NCBI RefSeq assembly: GCF_000143415.4 | Contig: NW_003314272.1 | Coordinates: forward strand, 1 to 51,962 | Direction: 5' to 3' | Source of the DNA: Selaginella moellendorffii | Lineage: Eukaryota; Plantae; Lycopodiophyta | Length of the DNA: 51,962 bases | Part shown: in pieces, positions 10,420 to 22,179 of the stretch | How the letters are laid out: every line of letters begins with the position of its first letter | Numbering within the stretch: the stretch's first letter is position 1 | Program-made: the position numbers and the translations under genes | The notes under the pieces: generated by a model | Told to the model about the DNA's origin: nothing | Database searches by the model: none | What the model saw: only the letters and a program-made list of their open reading frames with translations

Positions 10420-13240
10420 ATGTTTCGTTCTCCTCGCCTTCCTTGGAAAGTAGCAGGCCGAGCATTCGAAATGAGCAAGTCTGGACGCCTCATGCCCACA
10501 ATGTTGTCCAATCTGGAATGCTGCCACCAACACCAACTACAGGATGTGCTCACAGAATCCCATATAGTGCCACTGCTACCAGCCCCACAACTCCACCAAC
10601 CGCTACAACTCTCGCAACTCCATCTATTGGTAGAAGTGCTAGTACTTGGCCATCTACCTCCCGAAGCAACAAGCGGTCTAGCTCGGTAAGTTTTTCATTT
10701 GTACCCATTTTTTTTTCCATGTGTTTTTCTGCATACGGTGAGTTCACAATGCCGCCACACCAGCGAGCTTATAGTTCCCCATCAGCATTCCACAACTACT
10801 CTCAAGGATCAACATCATCATCTAGTGGAGCTTCGACATCCAGATATGTTCAAGCTGACCCTCAAGGCGGGCTGCCATGTGAGCCACAAGTATAACATGA
10901 CCCCATGCACTCTTCATTTTTTTCTTCTTTGGATTTGTTTAACTCATTTTCGTTTCACTGTGCTAGACTCTCTCACCGCTTGTGGCTGCAGTGCACACCT
11001 ATGCCGATAGCAATCAGCAGTCCTTATCTTGTCGTCGTGGACGTCGTGGCAGTCAATCCAAAGTCATTGGTGGGATATCATCTACGACACCCTTGGTCCC
11101 CCAGCCGTTCACCACAGTTCTTGTCACCAAGTGGATTGCAATCCCAAAGACTTGGCATGTACACTTGTATGGGTGGAAAAGAGAGCCATCTATGAAGGTG
11201 ACAGAAACTTGACAAGCTGCCAGTGGACCTCCCAGAGTGTCTCATATGGGGTGGCTTATACTCTAGTATTCCTTTCTAGCCCGGCACAGCCCAACATGCA
11301 ATTCTACTATCACTCCAAGCCTCTGGAATCCAACCTTCATCCATGACCAACCTAGGAGCATTTGTCTGGCGTGCAAAGCAGTCCAATAGTGGTGAGGCCC
11401 ATGCCAATTCTATAAAATTTGGCCTTAGCTCTATTTGCCCTTGCTACTGGCCTCCTCAAACATCATGGGGAGCTATAGCAAACAAGGCCAATGGCAATCG
11501 GGCAATAGTAATATACCTATACAATGTTATGGAGCATCTTACTAACAAACATTGGCAGACCCAAGCACTCAAGGAGAAGGATGTTCGTGAACGTAAGTCA
11601 TTTTTTTTTTTAAGTTCCCTCCTCACAAATATATGTTGTGGTCTTTGCAGTTGTAGCTGCTACAAATACCTTGATTGCAAATGATGATCCAAGGCCAGCC
11701 ACGCAGGAACCAAACCCTTACGAGAATAATGAAGAAGAAGACTCTGCGGATGAAGAGGACATTCTTCCATTACCGGAAAAAACTCTCCCCACACAAGACA
11801 ACATGGACATTAGCGGAGTCGAAGAACAAGGTGATGGTGGGGATGAACCGCACCAAGGATCTCCGGAGACATCCTTGTCACCAAAGACAGTGGCTCCAGG
11901 CCATGCGACCGGTAAGAAGCATTAACATAAATGAATATTTTCTTCATTTTCTAATTTCTCAGTGTAGATAGGCCAATGGTAGTGTATGACAGTGATGGCG
12001 GAGGCCTTAAAGACCATGACCCCCCTTTCTAGAGGGAAGTAGCTCCACTCTATTTACTCTTATGGAGTTGCTTGACAACTTTTCTACAGTAGAGTAAGAT
12101 AATTGAAAATTGTGCCATTCAAAATTGAACTAATGTTTGTATGTAGATTGTTGGAGTGTCAACAAAGATGGATTGATGCCACCAATGCATTTAATGAAGC
12201 TGTTCAGTTAACCACTCAGGATAGTGCCAACTTCATCATGCTGCAGATTGAGGAGGTTTCTGCCTTACAAGATGCCACCACAACCCTTGAGGTGAGGGCA
12301 CAGAGGGATGTTGAAGTTCTCTCACAGGTGCAGTGGCTGAAACACAAGCTTCTTAGTTGCTTTGGCATGGAGAGCACAAGTGACGAGGAGATGCTAGACG
12401 CTATTGCTAGACACCCTGAATTCCATTGGATTGGCGGTGAAATATTTCTACAGCGCGTGCTTTTCAACCAAGCCATGCCTCATTGGCAAGATCCCAGGAT
12501 GCCAATGCATTCTAGGACGTTGCGACAAGAAGAGCAGGATGTGGTAAGTTAAGTTTAAAGCACAATTTTTATATGCACAGGCTATCTTTGTGGGATGGTT
12601 GCTATTCCAAGCATTCAAATGTAATGCACAGGTATCTTACGGGTGTACAATTGCAATATTGGCAATTGCAGCTGGAGAGGTTCCAAATGAGGATGACCGA
12701 CGACTTGCCCGAGGAGGACTATATGAGATGGACCTCAAGGCATGTGCACCACATATCTAGAATGCACTCAACCAATTGCGAGGTGCATCAAGCCTAAAGG
12801 AGGAGGGCGATTGGTGCAAGTCTGTGAATTCCATCCTAGAGAACCCTACAATTACTGACTACAATGCAGTGCTTGAGTCTAGACTCACCAAACTTGGTGA
12901 AGGTTATGAGCAGGTTGTGAAGGCATGCGTGGCTGCGGTGGTTTGGCATTACCTATTCATCGAGCCAAACGTAGTGGGAGACTTACTCCGAGATGACTTC
13001 CAACACTCAATGCACATGGAAGCTCGTTAGAGGCCTTACAAGAGTCCAGCATTGCTAGGTGGGCTTTCACTCATTGGGACAGATGCTTTGTTACAGGTCT
13101 TCCGAGTAAGGACGATCATTCCTAACTATTTACTTTCACAAACAACTAAAACTCTTGTATGTTTGAACATTTTATAGATATGAGCCCGAAAGAGTTATCC
13201 AAGTTCCATCACTTTATAGTTGATTCTCTAGAGTTCTGAC
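10420..13240 (+). pseudogene. Decayed multi-exon gene(s) of unknown family
   Basis: Protein-like segments (11343-11590, acidic 11650-11910, 12148-12543, 12632-13105) separated by short GT-AG introns, with stops and frameshifts. Confidence 0.4.
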
Positions 13241-13559
13241 CGGGAGAGCCTATTTAGATCCAAGTTGAGAGACAGAGTACATCATCTACTCGATTTCCCA
13301 GGTTCTCCACATGCACACGAGAAGTTTTCTTCCCTTTAACATACCCGTCAAAGGAGTGGACCAAACACAAGATCCACCAGGCACTCCAAAATCCAGAGAG
13401 CTTGTATAGATTGGGCTGATGTTGTGGAAGTAATGTAGACACTTTCACAATAAAAATAGATAATTGTCTTGAAATATGTTTCACACTTTGAAAGAGACTC
13501 TTTCCAGTTCATTGGCAAAGTTAAATGTAAGAATATTCAAAATATTCCACAAATGCCCA

Positions 13560-13940
13560 TTATAGGCACTTGCGGCCCTTGATACCCTTTTGGCTTATGC
13601 TTGTCTCACCAAGGGTAATCATTATAGCTTCCAAAGCAGCTCCCAATTTAGGTTCTGGGTCAAAACTATCGAGCTTGGGTGCTACATGATGCCCATCCTT
13701 GCTTGAGGAACTCTCAACCTGTTTGGTAGAACCAAAATCACCCTCTGGGTTTGTGAACTCGTCCTCGCTTGCATCTCGAGCAGTAACATATCCCTCACTG
13801 TCACTTTCTTCAGCAGGACCTTTCCCCTTGGTGATTGGCACAAGATTAGAAGTAGTCTTGGGCTGCCTTGTCGGAGGGATTGTCGAGCCTTGAGAGGAGG
13901 AGGCATCATATAGAATCCTTGGTCCTGTCCCCTGTTGGAT
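13560..13940 (-). pseudogene. Low-complexity KGKG/acidic ORF fragment, TE-accessory-like
   Basis: ITKGKGPAEESDSEGYVTARDASEDEF. No domain recognised. Confidence 0.25.
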
Positions 13941-14178
13941 CCATTATTGTGCCTCAAAGAAGTCATAAAATCCTCTCTAGTTTGCCATGCTAAGAGGAAA
14001 CCCAAAAACCTCAAACATTGCAAAAGGGTTAGACCATATAGAAAACTATTACAAATCTACTCTTACCAAAGTGAGCACGAGCTTCCAATCCTTGAAAACT
14101 CCAGTTCTTCGGCCACAACGCACGGCATACATTGGATAGTTTTGCCCCATGCTTGGAAACCCTTTTTACAAATTTCAA

Positions 14179-14450
14179 AATTTGAAACGGTTATGATTGG
14201 AAAATATTGTAAGTGTCCATTGTCACTGCTCTTCTCACCTAAATGTTACTACATGCAATTGCAACTTCCATATTCTCAACTCTCCTTCAGCATGCTCCTC
14301 TTGAGAGAACTCCAGGTCCAATTTGAAACAATTATAATTGGAAAATGTTGAAAGTGTCTATTGTTATCCTGAATGTTACTACATGCAATTGCAACTTCCA
14401 CATTCTCAAATCTCCTTTAGCATGCTCCTCTTGAGAGAACTCCAGGTCCA
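14179..14450. repeat. Diverged tandem duplication (~140 + ~130 bp)
   Basis: AATTTGAAAC...GAGAGAACTCCAGGTCCA occurs twice, head to tail. Confidence 0.85.
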
Positions 14451-14849
14451 AACATCAACACTATGCACCTTTGCATAGTACACAATTGAAGTATGAGCCC
14501 CACCAATTCATCGAATTGGTTAGACTTCAACCTACTTTTGAGTCATATGCAAATCTTCTAAGCATCATGGTACAAAACTCAAGTGTTGAGAGAGCTACAC
14601 TGGAAATCAATTGCAACGAAAGATAAACTCAATGGGATCCATTAAAGACATGACTCCATAGTATATATCCATGGCTTTGCAATGGAGCTAGATGGAGTTC
14701 ACTTACGTTTGCTATGAACACTATGTTAAAAGAGGTGTGCCAAAAAAGGATAATTCACTTCTTTTGCCATGAACGCCAAGAGCAAGATGTGAGAACATAC
14801 TGCTCTAGATAAGCAATTTAGTCGGTTTGCAACATTAACAACTTGGTAG

Positions 14850-15081
14850 AATGCATGGGATGAATGGGTCTATGGGCCATGAATGGCTCCATTCCATACA
14901 TAGCATGGGTCATTTCTATGGGCATGATGCCCCATCCAGGGTATAACGATTGGATATTCGTAAAATATTCTATGCCTGTGATAAATTAATACACGTGGAC
15001 AAATAGCAGGCATACACATGGTGTGAGTGAAATCCACTGGTGTAAAATCCACCCTTTTACGAATTGCACGCCATAGCAGTG
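14850..15081. mobile_element. Possible right end of a CACTA/CACTG (EnSpm) transposon
   Basis: Ends ...TTGCACGCCATAGCAGTG (reverse complement CACTGCTATGGCG). ATGGG-rich subterminal motifs and an abrupt switch to coding-like DNA. No partner TIR seen. Confidence 0.35.
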
Positions 15082-15582
15082 CATCTTAGCCGACATCAAG
15101 GCTGTATTCTCTGCTTTAAGATTTGTCAGATCTTTTCCAGACGTCCTGCTATTTCTTCCTTGATCTTCACCTCGCTACTAGAAGAATGAAGAATTCTAAT
15201 ATCATATAGATTCAGAACAAATCTGGAGAAATCTTTCCAGGTAGCTTCTGTGATCTTCTTCAAGAGCTTCAAGATATCGGCTTCTCTCTCAGTTTACTTC
15301 ATCTTCGACAGGACCTTAGTCTTTTTTCTGGTGAGACACCGAACAACCCTAAATCTCGCTCAAAGCAATGAATGTAGAAAAGACAAGACCACTTGGCATT
15401 ACCACATTGCATTGATGTTTCACACACTTTCTTACGCCCATTTTTTTTAGTTTTCCTGGGAATTCTCATTGAGAACGACAGAGATTAGGAAACTTTCTTC
15501 ACACAATACCCAAATTTGCAGTAGGTACATATTTTTAAATCCTAGTCGAATAAGGCAAAGCCAATGTGTAATACAATATTGT

Positions 15583-17327
15583 TCAACAATAATAAACAAA
15601 TCTGTCTGTGTTTGGTTTCCATCTCACGTTGAGCACCATCGCAGGAACATTTTGTTGCTTTACTTCGGCAAGCGCTGATTCGAGTGCACCTAAAAGCCTT
15701 GCTTGATACTCTTTGTAATTTTTGTATAGAGCGCAGCTGAAGTGACACCTTTTGCTGTACGATGGATCCAGGGGGTAAACTCCATGGTTACAGTCGCATA
15801 GAGGCGAAATAACCACTCCTTCTCGCTGCATTTTGTCAATATGAACGAGTTGCAAAGCCTTTAAAAATCTGTAGAAATAAAATAACAAACACTTTTAATT
15901 AAAAAAACAAGTACCTCGATTGTTCGAGGCTTTGACACAATTTCCAGATTTTTTCCCTTTTCTGAAACAGGTAAAACCTGTTAATGCAGTGGTTACTATG
16001 GAAACCAATACAACCTCTGTGACTGCTACATCATCAAATATCGTTCGAAACCCGTAAAGCATAGCCAGAACTCTTGCATCGAGTGTATTAGCCTGTAAAG
16101 TTAAATTATTGATGAAAAATATTTCTACCTGCGTTACCTTCTTGATTATCTCCTTCACAAATTCCAAAAGTCTTCGTTGCTGTTTTTCACCATTATGATA
16201 GAGTGGGCAGCTTTTATCACAGTAGTCTGAATAGCAAGAATTCCAAGGACTTACTGCGTGTCTACATGAACAAAGCCTAGGAATTCGAAGTCCTTGTTTG
16301 TGCAACCGCTCAAAACGTACCATAAGTAAAGCAAAGGTGAGGCTGCTAAAAGCTTATACATAAAGCTATATATAATGAAAAAAAACTGCACTTACTCGTG
16401 GCCGTTTGCAGCCTCTAACAAGTGTGCGAGTCTGCTCCTCTGGAAAAAAGAACAAGTTAAAGGTGTTCTGGACGTATGAAGACCGTACCTTTCTTGCAAC
16501 TGCTGCTAGATGCTCAGCTACAGCATCATTTTGTCTACCCCAGGCCATTTTGAGCCGTACTGTACGTTCAGTAAGCTTATCCACGGTGGATTGGACACTA
16601 TACCTCTGCCTTTGCAAAAAGAAAACTAAAATTTGTAAACACTTTACCATCTTCCCCTCAAGAGAAAAAAGAGAATACCTCATCAGTTGTTCCTTACAGC
16701 GATCTTCCATAGCCCTGGACTGCCTTCGTTCCATTTCCATGGCACACTTCCACACGTCATTAACATATTGGTTTGCCTGCATGGAGTGGTCGAATAAACG
16801 AGAAAAAGCATATACACATACTTGGCCTCTTTCCTCATACTCGTCACGGTGTCTTAAAAGAAGAATACCCATTGACGTGATCTAAGACCGGATTTGAATG
16901 TATGAAAAGAAATAAGAAATTCCAAACCTCCATGGCCTCTGGACGAGCGCGAGGAATTTTGTCCTTGGTAGCCTTTCTTTTTTCGTACTGCTTCCTTGCC
17001 ACTCGATACTGCAAACTTTTGTGAAATCTTTCCTTGTGAGACACCTTTGCTTCCTGCTGACGATATATATGTTGCATTGCCGCCACTGCTGCTTCCTGAG
17101 CAAAGGGATCATAAAGACAACAGTTCTACTGTCTCACTTACTGCTGCATTGCTGCTAGAGTTTTGGGTGTACTCAGAAGGCCTGACAATTCGTGGGACCG
17201 GATAGCACTCCAATTCGCAGCAAATACGACCCATGTGCCTAATATAAAGTATTGGAAAAACACAAGTTAGATACGGTAATAACAGTTAGAAAACTGCTTA
17301 TCCTACGACAAGACCGGTTATATCCAT
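15583..17327 (-). CDS. CCDC15: CCDC15-like coiled-coil centriolar protein (multi-exon, apparently intact; 5' end uncertain, ATG at 17234 or 17327)
   Basis: An in-frame splice model uses introns 17096-17141, 16882-16927, 16777-16821, 16610-16678, 16440-16488, 16346-16395, 16093-16137 and two more of ~46-53 nt. Motifs ERFHKSLQYRV, MEMERRQSR and RFLKAL...DKMQ...PLCDC...C...C.LYKNYKEY are collinear with animal CCDC15 as I recall it (HFQKQVKYRV, MDIEREQ, RYVEAL...EKMQ...PPLCCC...CANNCIFYKNHRAY). Confidence 0.72.
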
Positions 17328-18539
17328 CTTTTCAACTGTAACAGGAGAAACCTAAACCCTATTCGTGCTCCAGAAAAGCCTTTAGAAGATGCTTGGTTAC
17401 TAGCATAGTGAAATCTTTCAGAGAAAAAGATCGAGAACATTGCACAACACTTGGAAACGCCGGTCACAATGAGTCTTCAGTTAGTTCTCTGATTCTAAGG
17501 GTAACTTGGGAGTCATAGTAGGTGAGGACTGTAACGGACTACCATCGATGCTCTTTTAAGGCAGTGAGCACAAGCATATTTATAAGTATTGTGCACCAGA
17601 ACTAGACAGATGCCTTCAACGGATCCCCTTCCCCTTTTTTCAACGCTAATCCAGATGCTTGCAAGCTCTTGTCTTCTGTTCCTGGCAATGATTCCGCAAA
17701 AAACGATAAAGCTTTCGAGTTTTTTTTTTTTTTAACGAAAGCCAGTCTTTTACGAAAAAGCTCTGCGATCCTCCGAATTGGTAGAAAATGCAAGGTATGT
17801 CTTAGAAAGACTTCCTCGCACTGCCAGAGTTCTCTTCATTGCCACCAAGTGGAATTTGTTCATGAGATGCTCAAAGAAGTGGCTCAAGGACGGCACTGGT
17901 GGAAGTGTCAGACGGGGGTGGCAACAACGAAAATGGCGATGTATATGACGCAAGCAAGGCCTTGAATTCCGAGTTTGATTGATCATAGGGAAGCAACAGA
18001 ATTTACAGGGGGTGGGTAGAAAGCAAAGAGAAAAGAGCCGCATAGAAGTTTTTGTATGTCTTTGTTAGCCTTGTGAAGAGACTAACGATTGATAACACTG
18101 ATGTGGATATATGGGTAGATCAGTGTTCTCAAAGGCATGCATAGTTAATCCTCCATGAAAATGGAAGGTTTTGGGGAAAAAAAGGTTCAGGCTTGGAGTT
18201 CTTGAAGGCTGTCACTGGAAAAAGTCTGAATACGACTTTGAAGCTATTGTATTGAAAGCTTAATCGAATAAAAATGGAATGGTGCCACTTAGCCGCTTCT
18301 TATAAGTTTTAGTACGCTTCCAGGGTTGCGTAGCAAAACCAGAGGTAAAGAGTGCCATCAATTATAGTTCTCTCCAGCTCCAGTGAATGGATAGATTGTT
18401 GGATAGTGGGAGCTATGGTTATATGTAGGAACAAATCGCGAATATATAGCTCATTCAATCTCTTCCTCTGCTGTGAAAGTTTTTGTTCTTGGGTGATTGA
18501 TGGTGTCTTCAATGGCCATGACAGGAAAATTTCCTCCTT

Positions 18540-18566
18540 TTCCCAGCGGAGCTGGGTTTCAGCTAG
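18540..18566 (+). mobile_element. Helitron 3' terminus (hairpin + CTAG|T)
   Basis: CCCAGC-GGA-GCTGGG hairpin, 6-nt spacer, then CTAG followed by T. Near-identical to the minus-strand end at 22180-22208. Confidence 0.75.
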
Positions 18567-19106
18567 TTATTCATTAATTTTGATTGTGTCAGCCACAATC
18601 ACCCAAGAATTTCAAGCTCGAATTTTTTCCTTCAGATCCTCTTGGACCTTCCTAAAATCCTTGTTAGGACAACATAGAGAACATCCCAGTATCTCTGAAC
18701 AAATGCAGTGATGTGACGGCCGTGCCATTGTGAGCTTTTTTACACAATCAGGTCTTGCTTTTCTTCACGTTACAATTCTCAATCTTGTTGGTGGAGGTAA
18801 ACTGTGGTCCACAATAGTGGCAAGCTTTGTCGGAGCGGAAACATAGCATGTTGCACAATGGTGGAAGCGTGACAGCTAAGCTCAGAATTTCATTGCGATA
18901 AGGAAGGAGCTTGCTCCAAGTTGTCTGCCATCATTCCAAAGTTCAGCCAACATCTTCTCTATGCCAAAATAACAAAAGGAAATTCTAAGAAATTGCAAAA
19001 ATTATAATCTAGGAAAACAAGAAAAGATGAAAACCATTACGAATAAAACACGAGAGTTCGACAACTGTAAGAAAGAAAAAAGATTCAAAGAGATTACCAT
19101 TCAAAG

Positions 19107-19133
19107 AGTGTGTGTGTGTGTGTGTGTGTGTGT
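19107..19133. repeat. (GT)n microsatellite
   Basis: Direct observation. Confidence 0.95.
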
Positions 19134-20184
19134 TGAGAGGGAAAGGCAAGAGAATTACCACCCTCCATGAACCCTAATTGCTTGAGGATATTTGCACTCG
19201 ATGAGATCCTTGGTCATCTTGGAGTTGGGACGCGCTTCATGATCTCGTTGCTGTTGGCAATGGGTAACTGCCTCTTTCCACCCTTGAAACCCCCTACTGC
19301 TGACGTGTTTAAATGATGACATGGCGTTCGCAAATCATGTGGCCATATTATGAATTCACCACAGCAAAGAAGGCATACACTTCTTTCTTCTGAAATTTGA
19401 AATGTGCTGTGTTATAATTCCTTCTTTTTGTTATGGCTTGTGTGGGGCGCACTAGAAAAATGTTGTATCTCATCCTAACTTGGATGTAGAATTTGAAGCT
19501 TGAAGTTTTCTTCAAATGCATTTTAAGTGGTGGTATGAATTTTTTTTGTTAGATACATGTGTGACTGGATCTATCAATTTTCGAACATAAGATTTGTGCA
19601 AGATTACAAGGGATGTAATATCTCTTCCTTGTGGGTGTTGTAGATTGGTTTTTATTTTTGGATATCTTTTGCTTCTGGAAATTTGGTGACGTAGCATTCA
19701 CTTAAAAATCCGTAATTATATCACGATGTGTAATAATATTTTTTGTTATTTTATTTTTTCTGGTGTTGAATGATGAGTCTCTTGCTGCTCTATTCGGCTG
19801 CTTCCATCCTTGCCAAACTTCAAGGTGTAGGTAAGATGCACTACCAAATGACTCATGCGTGAATTTGATGCCATTTTGTATGATCCAAACATCTGAGTGA
19901 TCTCTAACTTTTTATGTCCTACATGAAATTGTTATCAGGATCAGAAATACATGTATTGCATAGAGGGTGTTCCCCATCTCTTATTGCAGTTCTGTACTTG
20001 TAACGTGGAAGATATTATTAGTGTTTAAAAACTATCATGTATTTATGTATATCTAACACTCACGCTCAATAAAATCTGGAACCAGGTAAATCCTTCAGGC
20101 TGAGGAAGAAGATTTTTGTTTTGTATCACTTTGGTTTCAGGTTTTGTAAACTGCGCAAGCATGAAACTGGGTTTTGCCTCAAAC

Positions 20185-20960
20185 TCCAGTCTGTGATGGA
20201 GTTTGTCAAGTTTCCCCCCCTTCATGAAAACAAGAGTACAAAAAAAATGTCAAGATCTCTCAAATGACGCAACCCATAAAGTTCTCTTGTTTACATGCTC
20301 ATCCAAAAGATTTGCCAAGAGCAGTCTACATTCTTGCCTCCCACGGGAAACTGCAGTCTGTGATGGAGTTTGTCAAGTTTCCCTCCTTCCAAGGAAAACA
20401 AGAGTACAATCAGATTAAAATCTACATGGAAATATACATAGAGATACCTATAGCAGCACTTTGCAAAGCAAGCTGGGCAGATTGCTGTGATGCACCTTTC
20501 TAATTGCGTGCAGTCTGCAAAATAATGCCATGAAAGAGAGAGCAAATCCGCTAGTGAAATATTGAAGCACTCCTTGCCTACTGGGAGGCAAATGCTTGAC
20601 AGCCTAAGAGCATGAGTTATAACTGTCAATAGTCCTCAATAAACATCCTTTTGCAATCAAAAGAAACAAAGAGAGACTGCGAGAGGACAATAGCCTAAAG
20701 ACAACATGTGATGTCAAGAGACTCCTAATTCAAGTGGTTTGTGAATTAAAGTTTGTAGCTGCACTCTTTCCATGAAATGTCCAAGCGGCGTCATCAAAGG
20801 CGTCTGCTGCTCCATCTTCGGTAAGAAATGTTTACCTACTGGAGTCCTGCCGAAATTTCCAGATGATGAGCCATGGTAGCTGCGAACACTGCCTGCCCAT
20901 GGGAGGCAAGAATGCAGATTGTTCTTGGCAAATCTTTTGACAAGAGAAACTTTATGAGTT
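20185..20960. repeat. Short dispersed direct and inverted repeats of gene-fragment-like DNA
   Basis: CAGTCTGTGATGGAGTTTGTCAAGTTTCCC occurs at ~20187 and ~20354. 20276-20347 recurs inverted at ~20897-20957. Confidence 0.7.
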
Positions 20961-22179
20961 TGGAGTGAAGCGACATCTTTTTTTCATTCTACATTGTTGC
21001 ATCCATCTAAAAGTTTAACTACAGATGGGCTTCCCTTCATAGGGTTAGTGATAGAAATAGTTTTCCCTGACGATGACATCTTCCAATCGCCAATCAGCAT
21101 ATATACATCAAGGTACGAACACTCAAGTTCGAGCTGTTCTCGTCCTTCAAATTATAGGTCACGCCAGAAAACTAATAAAACGTTTCAAGTTATGGTGCTC
21201 CATTCGGTCACCTGCTACTCTGTCACGTGGGACTTGGATGGGATGTGTGGCCTTTGATGGTGCTGACATGGTGGAAAATTTATTCCAATTTAGGGTACGA
21301 TGCTGCCTGGTTTCCCAACTGTTCAAGTTCAAGTGGAGCATGAGCCTGACATTCTTCTAGATGTACGTGATACATTGGACATAGGTTATCATGCCGACAC
21401 TTTCAATTACATGGCACCTCCATCACCTGCATCGCCCTTTGAAACTCTTCACAGCTGTACACATCCTCGATCCCCAGTTCATGGAAGTGCAGAACTTGGA
21501 ACTCCTGTCAAAAAGGTAAATTTCATCGTATAACTCGCTAATGAGAGGTTTTGCTACCTGAGGTAAGGTCAGAAACTTCGAGGAAAAGAACAAAGTGTCA
21601 GGGACTCAACACCAACATGTAAAGTTTTGTACTGTTTGATAATTTTCTACGTCCTCTTAGCTTGTAGAACAAGCTCTGAAAGAAAGACAAAACTTTTATG
21701 CAAGACGGAAGGCTGAAATAGAAAAAACAAAAGAAGACAACAGGAAAGTCCTCCTTTATACGAAAAGTCTCCAACTGCTTATACGCTGCAGGAGCAAAGA
21801 AAAGGGTCACATTGCTGCTTTTAAAATGTCAAGAAATGACTGGAAAGCTGTCGCATCAATTATCGACTTGACTAAACACCTCACAATGAAGGACAACAGG
21901 GGAAACATGATCGACATCTATAAGGCTGGCACTAGCAAATCGATAACTTCGAGAACAGATTTGGCACGCATGCACCAGGTAAGATCCAAACAATTTAGTT
22001 TCTGGACACATTTTTACTCTACAGGTACTGCTGAAATTAAATCAGAGCTTCACAGAAGGTAAAAGCTGATAAGAGCTGACAAGCTCACATATTGAATCTG
22101 AATAGCTACAGAAAAAACTTCAAATCCCTTAATCTAGGCATTGCATATTCTAAGATTTTGAGGAGATCTAATAGCTGAA

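Noticed and set aside
14415-14525. Minus-strand peptide DELVGLILQLCTMQRCIVLMFGPGVLSRGAC resembling a methyltransferase SAM-binding motif
   Set aside because: Short, flanked by stops, and no DPPY/SPPY-type catalytic motif found. A profile search would be needed.
17740-17830. F-box-like peptide EEVFLRHTLHFLPIRRIAEL on the minus strand
   Set aside because: Weak resemblance, interrupted by stops and a T-run, so it cannot be supported.
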